NCBI GenBank assembly: GCA_035293565.1
Contig: DATGMP010000092.1
Coordinates: forward strand, 14,538 to 78,537
From: Alphaproteobacteria bacterium
GTDB lineage: Bacteria > Pseudomonadota > Alphaproteobacteria > BOG-932 > Roseiterribacteraceae
Direction: 5' to 3'
DNA length: 64,000 bases
Shown here: piece by piece, positions 46,159 through 55,825 of the stretch
How positions within the stretch are numbered: position 1 is the stretch's first letter
Layout of the letters: each line of letters opens with the position of its first letter
Translations under genes and position numbers: made by a program
Notes under the pieces: generated by a model
Seen by the model: the letters and a program-made list of their open reading frames with translations, nothing else
The model's database searches: none
What the model was told of the DNA's origin: nothing

Positions 46159-46959
46159 CTAACCAGCACCGGTATCCTTCACCAGCACCTCGGTGATGTC
46201 GTAGCCGGCATCGGCGGGAATGCGCAGCGCCGGTCCGTCGGGACTGTCAAAGGGCTCGGGGCTCACGGTGACGATTCGCCGCTCGGCCGCGGCGCGGAGC
46301 GCGTCGGCGACGGTCGCGCTCCGCGCCAGCAGCTTCAGGTTCGACCGCGTGACGAAGGCGAGCCTGACCTCGCCCCGATCCGCCTGCGCCACCGCGTCGA
46401 GCGGGCGAACCCAGCGCGAATCGACCAGCTCGCGCTGATCATGGGCCCCTTCCTGCCCATGCGGCGCTTCGGCCAGGTAGAAGCGAGTATCAAAGCGCTT
46501 ATGGCGGATTCGCGGCGTGACCCAATGAGCGAAGGGTACCAGCCGGCTCGGCGCAAGGACCAAGCCCTCTGCCTCCGTCATCTCCGCGAGCGTCGCATCG
46601 CGATGGTGGATTCGCCGTCGCCAGTCGGACAGCGAGTCGAGCCGCGCGGCTGTGATGAGCGAAGGCCCGCCGCGGTCGCGCGCGAACAGGAAATCGGCTT
46701 CCTCGAACGCCTCGCGGATGCCGCCGATTCGCGACGGCAGATCGTCCAGCGCGCGCTCTTCGGCTGTGAGGTCGGCCAGAAGCCGCGCGTCGCCGTCGGT
46801 CTCGTCCACACGACCGCCGGGAAACACCAGCAGACCCGGCATGAAGCTCGCCTCCTGGTGACGGGTCGCCATGAAGACTTCGAGACCATTCGAGCCGTCG
46901 CGGACGAGGAGAACAGTGGCTGCGGGGCGGGGAGTAACCGGCGGATCGGGATAACTCAT
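46159..46959 (-). CDS. NUDIX-family hydrolase
   Basis: Start at MSYPDPP. VFPGGRVDE ... IGGIREAFEEADF is a Nudix-box-like element with an insertion. Confidence 0.7.
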   Translation of the reverse strand: MSYPDPPVTPRPAATVLLVRDGSNGLEVFMATRHQEASFMPGLLVFPGGRVDETDGDARLLADLTAEERALDDLPSRIGGIREAFEEADFLFARDRGGPSLITAARLDSLSDWRRRIHHRDATLAEMTEAEGLVLAPSRLVPFAHWVTPRIRHKRFDTRFYLAEAPHGQEGAHDQRELVDSRWVRPLDAVAQADRGEVRLAFVTRSNLKLLARSATVADALRAAAERRIVTVSPEPFDSPDGPALRIPADAGYDITEVLVKDTGAG

Positions 46960-47057
46960 GGCCGGCAAGTTCGGCCACCGATAGCGGATCGTCAATCGCT
47001 CTCTCGTTGACCCGGCGCGCCGATCGCGGTCAAACCTTAGCGACGGGAGGAACGAGG

Positions 47058-48341
47058 ATGGACGGCGCGGACCGGATCGACAGCCAAAGCTACAAGCCAC
47101 TCGACGAACAGAGCGTCGCTCCGTATGTCGCCGCAATCCCATCGGCGCGGGCCACGCTCGGCGGCGAGCCTGCCGCCTGGCGGGTGCGCGAAGTAGGGGA
47201 CGGCAATCTGAATCTCGTCTTCATCGTCGAGGGACCCTCGGGCGGGGTGGTCGTGAAACAGGCATTGCCCTACCTTCGGCTCGTTGGCGAGAGCTGGCCT
47301 CTGCCGCTCGAGCGCTCCTGGTTCGAATCGATGGCGCTCGGCGAGGAGGCACGCGCCGCGCCGGGGCGCGTGCCGCGCATTTACGCCGCCGACAAGACCG
47401 GCGCCGCGATCACCATGGAGTATCTGACGCCCCATGTGATCCTCCGAAAGGCGCTGATCGCCGGCCGTCGCTTGCCGTTGATGGCGGGTCACATGGCCGA
47501 GTTCCTCGCCCAATCGCTGTTCAAGACGTCCGACCTGTATCTGCCGGCACGCCGCAAGAAGGCGCTGATGGCTGCCTTCTGCGCCAACACCGAGCTCTGC
47601 AAGATCACCGAGGATCTGGTCTTCACCGATCCCTACCGGCTGGCGCCGGCGAATCGCTGGACCACGCCGCAGCTCGACGAAACCGCCGCCGCTTTTCGCG
47701 CCGACGCACCGCTCAAGGCGGCGGTTCAGGCGTTGAAGCTCAAATTCCTCTCCAGCGCCGAAGCGCTGATCCATGGCGATCTACACACCGGATCGATCAT
47801 GGTGACGGAAGATGACACACGTGCAATCGATCCGGAGTTCGGCTTCTTCGGCCCGATGGGATTCGATGTCGGCGCGCTGATCGGCAATCTGCTGATCGCC
47901 TATGTCGCATATCCGGCGCACGCGCCGGATGCCGTCGCGGCATCGCAGTATCGGGCTTGGATCCTCGATCAGGCGGACCGGGTCTGGACCGGCTTCGATC
48001 AGCGCTTCCGCGCGCTCTGGGTCTCGGAAGGAAAGGGCGATGCCTTTACGGCTGAGCTGTTCCGCGATGCTGAAGGCGGAGCCGCGCTCGAAGCCGCACG
48101 CGACAGCTACATGTCGAGTCTGTTCGCCGACACGCTGGGTTTTGCCGGATGCAAGATGATCCGGCGCGTGCTGGGCCTTGCCCATGTCGAGGATCTGGAG
48201 GCCATCGCCGACCCTGACCGCCGCGCCGCCGCCGAGCGGCAGGTTCTCGCGCTGGGCCGGGCGCTGATCCTGCGGCGCGCGGAGCTTCGTGGATTTGCCG
48301 ACGTTCGTGGCGTCGTGCGGCGGATCGCGGGCGAGGCCTGA
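47058..48341 (+). CDS. mtnK: S-methyl-5-thioribose kinase
   Basis: [17 protein letters not shown] and [10 protein letters not shown] kinase motifs, about 427 aa. Its stop overlaps the mtnA start (TGATG). Confidence 0.85.
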   Translation: MDGADRIDSQSYKPLDEQSVAPYVAAIPSARATLGGEPAAWRVREVGDGNLNLVFIVEGPSGGVVVKQALPYLRLVGESWPLPLERSWFESMALGEEARAAPGRVPRIYAADKTGAAITMEYLTPHVILRKALIAGRRLPLMAGHMAEFLAQSLFKTSDLYLPARRKKALMAAFCANTELCKITEDLVFTDPYRLAPANRWTTPQLDETAAAFRADAPLKAAVQALKLKFLSSAEALIHGDLHTGSIMVTEDDTRAIDPEFGFFGPMGFDVGALIGNLLIAYVAYPAHAPDAVAASQYRAWILDQADRVWTGFDQRFRALWVSEGKGDAFTAELFRDAEGGAALEAARDSYMSSLFADTLGFAGCKMIRRVLGLAHVEDLEAIADPDRRAAAERQVLALGRALILRRAELRGFADVRGVVRRIAGEA

Positions 48342-49435
48342 TGCGCGTCGGCGACAAGCATTGGCGGACGATCTGGCTGGCCGCCGACGGCTGGTCCGTC
48401 GAGGTGATTGACCAGACCAGGCTGCCGCACGCTTTCGAGACCGCGCGGCTCACCTCGGTTGAGGACGCCGCGCACGCGATCCGCACGATGGTCGTGCGAG
48501 GCGCGCCTCTGATCGGAGTCACGGCGGCCTACGGGCTGGCATTGGCGCTTCGCGGCGATCCGTCGGACGCCGCTCTCGCTCGCGCGAGCGAGCTGCTTGT
48601 GGCTGCACGGCCTACGGCGGTCAATCTCGCCTGGGCGGTCGGCGAGGTCCGCAAGGTGGTTCAGCGCCTTGACCCCGCCGGCCGCGCCGAGGCCGCCTAT
48701 CTGGCAGCCGCGCGAATTGCCGAAGAGGATGTGGCCGCCTGCGCCGCGATCGGGACGCATGGCGCGCGGTTGATCGCCGATGCGGGCGCGGGTCGGAAGG
48801 GGCCTGTGAACGTGCTGACCCATTGCAATGCGGGTTGGTTGGCGACTGTCGATTGGGGCACGGCGCTCGCGCCCATCTACCGTGCCCACGATGACGGCGC
48901 GGCGGTGCATGTCTGGGTGGACGAGACCAGGCCGCGCAATCAGGGCGCGGCGCTCACCGCCTGGGAGCTTGGGCGGCACGGCGTGCCGCACACGGTGATC
49001 GCGGACAATGCCGGCGGCCATCTGATGCAGCATGGGAAAGTCGATCTCTGCATCGTCGGCAGCGATCGCACGACCGCCGCCGGCGATGTCTGCAACAAGA
49101 TCGGGACTTATCTGAAAGCCCTGGCGGCGCACGACAATGGCGTGCCCTTCTATGCCGCGCTGCCGGCCTCGACGATCGATTGGAGTATCACCGACGGCGT
49201 GCGCGGAATCCCGATCGAGGAGCGGGACGGACGCGAAGTGGGCGAAGTAACCGGCCTCGGCGAAGACGGGCAGATCCGGGCCGTCCGGGTCACACCGGAA
49301 GGTACGCCTGTCGCCAATTATGCGTTCGACGTCACGCCCGCGCGGCTGGTCTCCGGCATCGTGACGGAGCGGGGTATCGCCGAAGCTTCGCGGGAGGGTC
49401 TCATCGAACTCTTCCCGGAACGGTCCGGCCGATGA
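48341..49435 (+). CDS. mtnA: S-methyl-5-thioribose-1-phosphate isomerase
   Basis: eIF-2B-like fold with [31 protein letters not shown] and [20 protein letters not shown]. Confidence 0.9.
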   Translation: MRVGDKHWRTIWLAADGWSVEVIDQTRLPHAFETARLTSVEDAAHAIRTMVVRGAPLIGVTAAYGLALALRGDPSDAALARASELLVAARPTAVNLAWAVGEVRKVVQRLDPAGRAEAAYLAAARIAEEDVAACAAIGTHGARLIADAGAGRKGPVNVLTHCNAGWLATVDWGTALAPIYRAHDDGAAVHVWVDETRPRNQGAALTAWELGRHGVPHTVIADNAGGHLMQHGKVDLCIVGSDRTTAAGDVCNKIGTYLKALAAHDNGVPFYAALPASTIDWSITDGVRGIPIEERDGREVGEVTGLGEDGQIRAVRVTPEGTPVANYAFDVTPARLVSGIVTERGIAEASREGLIELFPERSGR

Positions 49436-50109
49436 AGAAAGATGCGGATCTGCGGGCGCGTCTTGTCGCGGCCTATCGGCGGCTCGACGCGTCGGGGGTC
49501 AACCAGGGGACTTCCGGCAATCTGAGCGTTCGCCTGGGAGCAGATCGGTTTCTCGTGTCGCCCAGCGGCATTGGTAGCGCTTCATTGGTTCCCGAGGACA
49601 TCCCGCTCACCCGCTTCGACGGGCGCTGGACCGGCCCTCGCCGGCCGTCGAGCGAGTGGCGGATCCATCGCGACATTCTGAGCGCGCGGCCGGAGGTCGG
49701 GGCCGTGGTCCATGCCCATCCCCGCCACGCCGCCGCGCTCGCCTGCCTTGGGCGCGAGATTCCGGCCTTCCACTATATGGTCGCCGTTGCCGGGGGCGAT
49801 TCGGTCCGCTGCGCTCCCTACCGCACCTTCGGCACCCAGGCCCTGTCCGACGTTGCCCTCGCGGCTCTAGAAGGCCGCCGCGTCTGTCTTTTGGCGAACC
49901 ACGGCATCTTGGCGCTGCACGCCACGATCGAGGGCGCCGTGACGCTGGCCATCGAGGTCGAGACGCTGGCCGCGATGTACATAAGCGCCCTGTCGGTCGG
50001 GGAGCCGAACCTGCTGACCGCCGACGAGATGGCCCGGGTCGGCGCGATGTTCGCCGACTACGAGGCCGGGAAGCTGGCTGATGGGGAGTTGCGAGGGGAG
50101 GGGCATTAG
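49432..50109 (+). CDS. class II aldolase/adducin-family protein (MtnB dehydratase or Ald2-type aldolase)
   Basis: ATGA overlap with mtnA. Motifs [20 protein letters not shown] and LLANHGILA. The dehydratase-versus-aldolase choice cannot be made by eye. Confidence 0.8.
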   Translation: MKKDADLRARLVAAYRRLDASGVNQGTSGNLSVRLGADRFLVSPSGIGSASLVPEDIPLTRFDGRWTGPRRPSSEWRIHRDILSARPEVGAVVHAHPRHAAALACLGREIPAFHYMVAVAGGDSVRCAPYRTFGTQALSDVALAALEGRRVCLLANHGILALHATIEGAVTLAIEVETLAAMYISALSVGEPNLLTADEMARVGAMFADYEAGKLADGELRGEGH

Positions 50110-50220
50110 ACTATTGATTTTACTGACAGATCGGCATGCCCGCGACAAGTATGGGCAAGACGCCGTTCGCGCGTGGCCTAGTCGACCTTTTTCCCCAAAA
50201 ATCTCCCCCTGCGATCCCTT

Positions 50221-50239
50221 GACGCTGCAATGCAGCGTC
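50221..50239 (+). terminator. 19-nt perfect palindrome, possible terminator of the mtn operon or a protein-binding site
   Basis: gacgctgcaatgcagcgtc forms an 8-bp stem with a 3-nt loop, followed by cacatttt. The T-run is not contiguous with the stem. Confidence 0.3.
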
Positions 50240-50328
50240 CACATTTTGTGCATGCTTTCTTAAGCATTAACGGCTATAAGGCTCGCCTTCGGCGAGGGTA
50301 GGTCCCTCGAGCGAATCGATCCGTGCTC

Positions 50329-50360
50329 GGCGCGTCGAGTTTCGACGCGCCTTTTGTTGT
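50329..50360 (+). terminator. intrinsic terminator or attenuator hairpin directly upstream of the EF-G paralogue
   Basis: ggcgcgtcga-gtt-tcgacgcgcc forms a perfect 10-bp GC-rich stem followed by ttttgttgt. It ends 39 nt before the ATG at 50399. Confidence 0.7.
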
Positions 50361-50398
50361 ACCCGGCCTGTTGGGCCGCCTTGTGAGAGGTTAATTCG

Positions 50399-52543
50399 AT
50401 GCCCCGTACCGTCCCCCTGTCGGATATCCGCAACATCGGGATCATTGCGCACGTCGACGCCGGCAAGACCACGACGACCGAGCGCATCCTGTACTACACG
50501 GGGCGCAAGCACACGATCATCGACATCCATGACACCAAGGATCTGAAGACGTCGACGACGACTGACTATCTCGAGCAGGAGCAGAAGCGCGGCATCACCA
50601 TTCAGAGCGCCGCGGTCTCGACCTTCTGGCGGGACAAGAAGATCAACATCATCGACACACCGGGCCACGTCGATTTCACGATCGAGGTCAATCGCAGCCT
50701 GCGCGTGCTCGACGGCGCGGTCGTCGTGTTCGACGGCGTGGCCGGCGTCGAGCCGCAGTCCGAGACCAACTGGCGTCTGGCCGACAATTACAACGTCCCC
50801 CGCTTCTGCTACGTCAACAAGATGGACCGCAGCGGGGCGAACTTCACCCGCTGCGTCGACATGATCCGGAAGCGGCTGGGCGCCCGGCCGCTGGTGCTAC
50901 AGCTGCCGCTCGGCTCCGAGGATAATTTCCGCGGCATGGTCGATCTGGTCGAACAGAAGGCCTATGTCTGGTTCTCCGACGACAAGGACGCCAAGTGGGA
51001 GGTCTGGGACCTCACCGACGATCTCGCCGACAAGCTGAACATCGAGGTGGTCGAGGATCGCGAAATTCTTGCCAATATCGCGCAGTACCGCAGCGAGCTG
51101 GTCGACACCGCGCTCGAGCAGGATGATGCGGCGATGGAGGCGTATCTCGAGACCGCCGAGGAGCCTTCGCCTGACGTGCTCCGCGCCTGCATTCGCAAGG
51201 GAACGGTGTCCGGTGCTTTCTTTCCGGTGCTCTGCGGCTCCAGCTACAAGAACAAGGGCGTGCAGCAGCTCCTGGACGCCGTCGTCGACTTCCTGCCGGC
51301 CCCGACCGACGTCGAGGCGATCAAGACCGTCGATGCCGACGGCAATCCCAACGGCGAGCGGATCTGCAGCGACGACGAGCCCTTCGCAGCCCTGGCCTTC
51401 AAGGTGATCAACGACGTCTACGGGGCGCTCACCTTCGCGCGCGTCTATTCGGGCGTGGTCTCGAAGGGCATGTCGGTCGTCAATTCGACCCGCGGCAAGC
51501 GCGAGAAGATCGGCCGCATGGTCGAGATGTTCGCCAAGGAAGCCAACCCGATCGAAGAGGCCCGCGCCGGCGACATCATCGCCTTCGTGAGCCTGTCGGA
51601 GACCGAGACCGGCGACACGCTCTGCGACGCCAACGCGCCGGTGATTCTGGAGCGCATGCGTTTCCCCGATCCGGTCATCTCGGTGTCGGTCGAGGCCAAG
51701 TCGAAGCAGGAGCAGGAGAAATTCTCCATCGCGCTCGGCAAGATGGTCCGCGCCGATCCGTCGCTCCGGCTGGAGACCGACCGCGAGACCGGGCAGACCA
51801 TTCTGCGCGGCATGGGCGAGCTGCATCTCGAAGTGACGCTCGACCGGATGCGTACGGAGTTCGGCGTCGAAGGCAATATGGGCCGTCCTCAGGTCGCCTA
51901 TCGCGAAGCGCTGACCAAGCCGGTCGAATACACCTACACCCACAAGAAGCAGACCGGCGGCTCGGGCCAGTATGCCGAGGTGAAGATCGTCTTCGAGCCG
52001 CGCGAGCGAGGCGCCGGGTTCGAGTTCATCGACAAGGTGGTGGGCGGCTCGGTGCCGCGCGAATATATCCCCTCGGTCGAGAAGGGCTTGAAGCTCCAGA
52101 AGGAAGAGGGCGTGCTGGCCGGCTATCCGACGGTCGACTTCAGCGCCACGCTGGTGGACGGCAAGTATCACGACGTCGACTCCAACGCGCTCACCTTCGA
52201 GATCGCGGCGCGCGCCTGCTTCCGCGAAGCGATCAAGCAGGCGGGTCCGGTCCTGCTCGAGCCCGTGATGAAAGTCGAGGTGGTCTCGCCCGAGGAATAT
52301 CTCGGCGACATCATCGGCGATATCAATCGCCGTCGCGGCCAGGTCGTGGGCCAGCTTGAGCGCGGCAACTTCATCGCGGTCGAAGCCTCGGTCCCGCTCT
52401 CGGAGATGTTCGGCTATATCGGCCAGCTCCGCGGCATGACCAGCGGCCGCGCCTCCTACACCATGGAGTTCTCGCATTACGAGCAGGTGCCGCGGAACGT
52501 CCAGGAAGACATCGTCTCGGGGAAGACGAAGGTCGCCGCGTAA
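50399..52543 (+). CDS. elongation factor G paralogue (translational GTPase), not in an str operon
   Basis: 714 aa with G1 [10 protein letters not shown]2 RGITI, G3 DTPGHVDF and G4 NKMD. Domains II-V are recognisable. GAGAGG RBS. Confidence 0.9.
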   Translation: MPRTVPLSDIRNIGIIAHVDAGKTTTTERILYYTGRKHTIIDIHDTKDLKTSTTTDYLEQEQKRGITIQSAAVSTFWRDKKINIIDTPGHVDFTIEVNRSLRVLDGAVVVFDGVAGVEPQSETNWRLADNYNVPRFCYVNKMDRSGANFTRCVDMIRKRLGARPLVLQLPLGSEDNFRGMVDLVEQKAYVWFSDDKDAKWEVWDLTDDLADKLNIEVVEDREILANIAQYRSELVDTALEQDDAAMEAYLETAEEPSPDVLRACIRKGTVSGAFFPVLCGSSYKNKGVQQLLDAVVDFLPAPTDVEAIKTVDADGNPNGERICSDDEPFAALAFKVINDVYGALTFARVYSGVVSKGMSVVNSTRGKREKIGRMVEMFAKEANPIEEARAGDIIAFVSLSETETGDTLCDANAPVILERMRFPDPVISVSVEAKSKQEQEKFSIALGKMVRADPSLRLETDRETGQTILRGMGELHLEVTLDRMRTEFGVEGNMGRPQVAYREALTKPVEYTYTHKKQTGGSGQYAEVKIVFEPRERGAGFEFIDKVVGGSVPREYIPSVEKGLKLQKEEGVLAGYPTVDFSATLVDGKYHDVDSNALTFEIAARACFREAIKQAGPVLLEPVMKVEVVSPEEYLGDIIGDINRRRGQVVGQLERGNFIAVEASVPLSEMFGYIGQLRGMTSGRASYTMEFSHYEQVPRNVQEDIVSGKTKVAA

Positions 52544-52577
52544 CGGCTTCGGCTTCCTCGCGATAGGCTGGGAAACG

Positions 52578-53627
52578 TTACAGCAACATCTTGATGTAAC
52601 AAGCCGGCGTAGCCGCCCGGTCGGCATCGATCGTGCGATGGAAGATCGCTCCCTTCGAGCGCCCGCCCGTGTCGAGCCAGTTCGCGCGGCCCGGATTGCG
52701 CTTGGCGATCGTCACACGGACGATGCCGTCGGCATCTGGCTTGGCCGTGACGTGATTGAGGTGGCTTGCGGGCAGCGGCTCCAGCCAGTGGTTCGTCACC
52801 TGGATTTGCCAGTAAGCGCATTCGACGCGCGGGATCTCGACGATCAGCGCCTGGTCGTCGCCGAGGTCGAAATAGCCCGAATAATAGCGAGTGCCCGGAT
52901 CGCCTTGCACGGTCCTGTCGAGCTCGGACGGCAGCGGCGTGATCTCGTTGGGGCGCTCCGCGAAAGTGCGGCTCCAGAGAAGAAACTGCTTGAGGCTGCC
53001 GGTGACGAAGTGGCGAATGCCGGTCATTCTGCGCACGACATCGGCTGCCGTAAGGGCTCTTTCCGGTTCCTGCTCGCAGGTCAGCGCAAATTCCGCAGGC
53101 CTGTCGCCCGGCCGCAAGACGATCTCGCGGATCAGGAACAGATTGCTTGTCGGTTTGAGCCTGATGCCGACCGCCGGATCGGCTTTCGCGTCGATTGCGA
53201 GTTCGAACGACCCATCCGGCCCGCGCGGAAAATCCGTCGTCGTCAGCACCTGGTAGCCGTCCGTCGAGATCTGCCCGTCTGGCCGCACGGAATAAGCCCC
53301 GACGCCGATTCGATACGCGTCGTTGATCTTGCCCGTCAGCCGGTAACGCCGCTCGCTCGCGAGGTTGGCGCTACCGATGATGTAGTCGGGATTGTAGCCG
53401 CCGATCCGCGGCACATCGAAGGAGAGCCCGTTGGCAAGGCGTTCCGAGCCGGACAGAAAGCGCTCAACGCCATAAGCGGCTAATCGCGCAAGGTAGCCGA
53501 CGCCCTCGGCGCATGTCGCATCGTCGGGTGCGGCGGGCAGCAGCTCGGCGCCGATCTGTTCCAGCGTCGCGCAAAATTGCCGCCACGCGTCTTCCAAGGA
53601 ATCACTCATATTCCATTGGGATCGCAT
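52578..53627 (-). CDS. hypothetical protein (possibly DUF1214-like)
   Basis: ~345 aa with good coding composition. Alternative start at 53609 (MSDSLED) overlaps the sulfotransferase stop by 8 nt. The family guess rests only on a YWQIQVTNHW-type motif. Confidence 0.55.
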   Translation of the reverse strand: MRSQWNMSDSLEDAWRQFCATLEQIGAELLPAAPDDATCAEGVGYLARLAAYGVERFLSGSERLANGLSFDVPRIGGYNPDYIIGSANLASERRYRLTGKINDAYRIGVGAYSVRPDGQISTDGYQVLTTTDFPRGPDGSFELAIDAKADPAVGIRLKPTSNLFLIREIVLRPGDRPAEFALTCEQEPERALTAADVVRRMTGIRHFVTGSLKQFLLWSRTFAERPNEITPLPSELDRTVQGDPGTRYYSGYFDLGDDQALIVEIPRVECAYWQIQVTNHWLEPLPASHLNHVTAKPDADGIVRVTIAKRNPGRANWLDTGGRSKGAIFHRTIDADRAATPACYIKMLL

Positions 53628-54756
53628 AGCGCGCGCGATAATCCGCGAAGCCCGCGTTCACGTCGGCCAGATCGACTCCGTAATCTTCGAGCCTGTAGCG
53701 ATGCTGGCCGCGCTTGCCTTTCGGGTTGCGCTCGGTCCAGTCGCCGAGCTTCGCGCGCACGGCGGCCGGCATCGCCATGCCGAGCTGTTCATAGATTGCG
53801 GCCACTTCGCGCACCGGGTCAGCGACGAGGCGGTAATAGTCGACATTCAGCACTCGGACGCTTCGATCATCGAACGCCATCAGCCGCTCGATATGCTTAT
53901 CGACGAAGCGCCACATTTCGTGGCCGATGTCGCCTCGATCGTTTTCGATCGTGCGCGGCGCGCGGTACTGATGCGTGAGGTCGCAAATCGAGGCCAGCGT
54001 CTGCACAGGGTCACGGTGCGATACCACGAACACCGCATCGGGATAGACGCGTCGGATCTCCGGCATCGCTAGAATGTGGTTCGGATATTTGACCACCCAG
54101 CGTTTGGGCGCCGCGCGCCATTGGAGCAGTTGCAGTACCGATTTGTGATAGGCGTAGGCGCGCACGTAATCGAGCGACCGCAGCATCCATTCGAAGAAGC
54201 TCGGCACGCGTAGGTAATTCTGAAAGCCGGCCTGCGAGAAAGCTTGATTCAGGATCAAGCTGCACTCGTCGGGTCCTTCGGCGTCCATCAGATGGATGGC
54301 GTCGAAATTCACGACCTCCTCCTTCCACTGGCCGACGAACTGATAGGCGGCCTCGATCCGGGCGGGCACTGATCCGGGATCGAAGGAAGGGGGCGGGCAG
54401 GGGCGCAGCGTCTCCCAGGCGCGAAGCAGCCTGAGATCGGGATCATGGTCGAACAGATGATGCAGAAAGGTCGTACCGGAGCGCGGCAGGCCCATGAGGA
54501 AGATGGGGCGTTCGATCGCCTCGGCCGCGATCTCCGGTCGCTCGTCGTGCCAGCGCCGTACTTCGAGCCGGTTGCGCAATAGAGACAGAATCTCGGCTCG
54601 CGTGAGCTCCACTCCCTGATTGCTCAGGCGCCCGTCTTCATTCAGCGCGTCGACGAAGTGCGCGAAATTTTCGGCGAAGGGATCGTCGCCGAAGGCGGCT
54701 AGTCCGGCCCGCGCGGCGGCTTCTCGCTTGAGCGCTTCGCCGTCGAGCCGGAGCAT
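53602..54756 (-). CDS. sulfotransferase-family protein
   Basis: PIFLMGLPRSGTTFLHHLF is a 5'-PSB loop and VVKYPNHILAM..VSHRDP resembles a 3'-PB region. 384 aa, no signal peptide. Confidence 0.75.
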   Translation of the reverse strand: MLRLDGEALKREAAARAGLAAFGDDPFAENFAHFVDALNEDGRLSNQGVELTRAEILSLLRNRLEVRRWHDERPEIAAEAIERPIFLMGLPRSGTTFLHHLFDHDPDLRLLRAWETLRPCPPPSFDPGSVPARIEAAYQFVGQWKEEVVNFDAIHLMDAEGPDECSLILNQAFSQAGFQNYLRVPSFFEWMLRSLDYVRAYAYHKSVLQLLQWRAAPKRWVVKYPNHILAMPEIRRVYPDAVFVVSHRDPVQTLASICDLTHQYRAPRTIENDRGDIGHEMWRFVDKHIERLMAFDDRSVRVLNVDYYRLVADPVREVAAIYEQLGMAMPAAVRAKLGDWTERNPKGKRGQHRYRLEDYGVDLADVNAGFADYRARYAIPMEYE

Positions 54757-54769
54757 CGCGGATCTAAGA

Positions 54770-55825
54770 TTATCTCAGCGAGGCGTTCAGCTTTTCGAGC
54801 GCTGCGCTGCCGGGGCAGAGGGCGGCCTCGTCCAAGTCCGTCAGCGGCGTTTCCACCGTGCCGATATGAGCGTGCATGTCCTCCGGGTCCGGATCGACAT
54901 AGAGCAGGCCGGTCACGATCTCGCCGTCGGCCTTGTGCTCCTGCAGGAAGCGCTGCGCGGCCAGGCGGTCGTTGACGTCATAGTCGCCGGCGAGCTTGCG
55001 GAGCCGGAGCACTGAACCGTCGTGCTGGGTCACCTCCTGCACCGTACCTGGCTCATACTCTGCGGTGATCTCCTCGCGGGGCGTCATCACGTCGAGATAG
55101 TTCACCGCCTCATTGTGCTCGCGCACATAATCGAAGCTCTTGGTCGAGCCGGCATGGTTGTTGAATGCCACGCAAGGGCTCAAGCAATCGATGAAGGCGG
55201 CGCCCTTGTGCATGATCGCGGCCTCGATCAACGGCACCAGCTGGGTCTTATCGCCGGAGAAGCTGCGCGCGACGAAGGTGGCGCCGAGCTGCAGCGCGAG
55301 CTCGGCCATGTCGATCGCCTCGTCGGTGTTGACGACGCCCTTCTTGCTCTTCGAACCGCGGTCGGAAGTGGCCGAGAACTGGCCCTTGGTCAGGCCATAC
55401 ACGCCGTTGTTCTCGACGATGTAGACCATGTTGATGCCGCGGCGCATGCAATGGGCGAACTGGCCAAGCCCGATCGAGGCGGAATCGCCGTCGCCGGAGA
55501 CCCCCAGATAAATCAGGTCGCGGTTGGCGAGGTTCGCGCCGGTGAGGACCGACGGCATGCGGCCGTGGACCGAGTTGAAACCGTGGCTGTTGCCAAGGAA
55601 GTAGGTCGGCGTCTTCGACGAGCAGCCGATGCCGGACAGCTTGGCGATCCGGTGCGGCGGCAGCTCCAGCTGATAGACTGCCTGGATAATCGCCGCGCTG
55701 ATCGAATCATGCCCGCACCCGGCGCAGAGCGTCGATATGTTGCCTTCGTAATCGCGCCGCGTGTAGCCGAGCTTGTTCGGCTGAAGCTGAGGGTGATGGA
55801 GCTTGGGCTTGGCGAGATAGGTCAT
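54770..55825 (-). CDS. korB: 2-oxoacid:acceptor oxidoreductase beta subunit (TPP-binding)
   Basis: Start at MTYLAKP. Motifs CAGCGHDSI and GVSGDGDSASIGLGQF (TPP motif). Its start overlaps the korA stop. Confidence 0.88.
   Translation of the reverse strand: MTYLAKPKLHHPQLQPNKLGYTRRDYEGNISTLCAGCGHDSISAAIIQAVYQLELPPHRIAKLSGIGCSSKTPTYFLGNSHGFNSVHGRMPSVLTGANLANRDLIYLGVSGDGDSASIGLGQFAHCMRRGINMVYIVENNGVYGLTKGQFSATSDRGSKSKKGVVNTDEAIDMAELALQLGATFVARSFSGDKTQLVPLIEAAIMHKGAAFIDCLSPCVAFNNHAGSTKSFDYVREHNEAVNYLDVMTPREEITAEYEPGTVQEVTQHDGSVLRLRKLAGDYDVNDRLAAQRFLQEHKADGEIVTGLLYVDPDPEDMHAHIGTVETPLTDLDEAALCPGSAALEKLNASLR

Noticed and set aside
45627-46169. Extended 180-aa form of the hypothetical gene, with N-terminus MLVRIFPFMSFPRKRESIHEPVPTSTWILAFVGMT.
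   Set aside because: That N-terminal peptide is the literal translation of the REP hairpin pair, so it is not credible as protein sequence.
50897-52627. 576-aa reverse-strand ORF opposite the EF-G paralogue.
   Set aside because: It is antisense to a gene with complete GTPase motifs and has low-complexity Arg/Asp/Leu/His-rich content. Shadow ORF.
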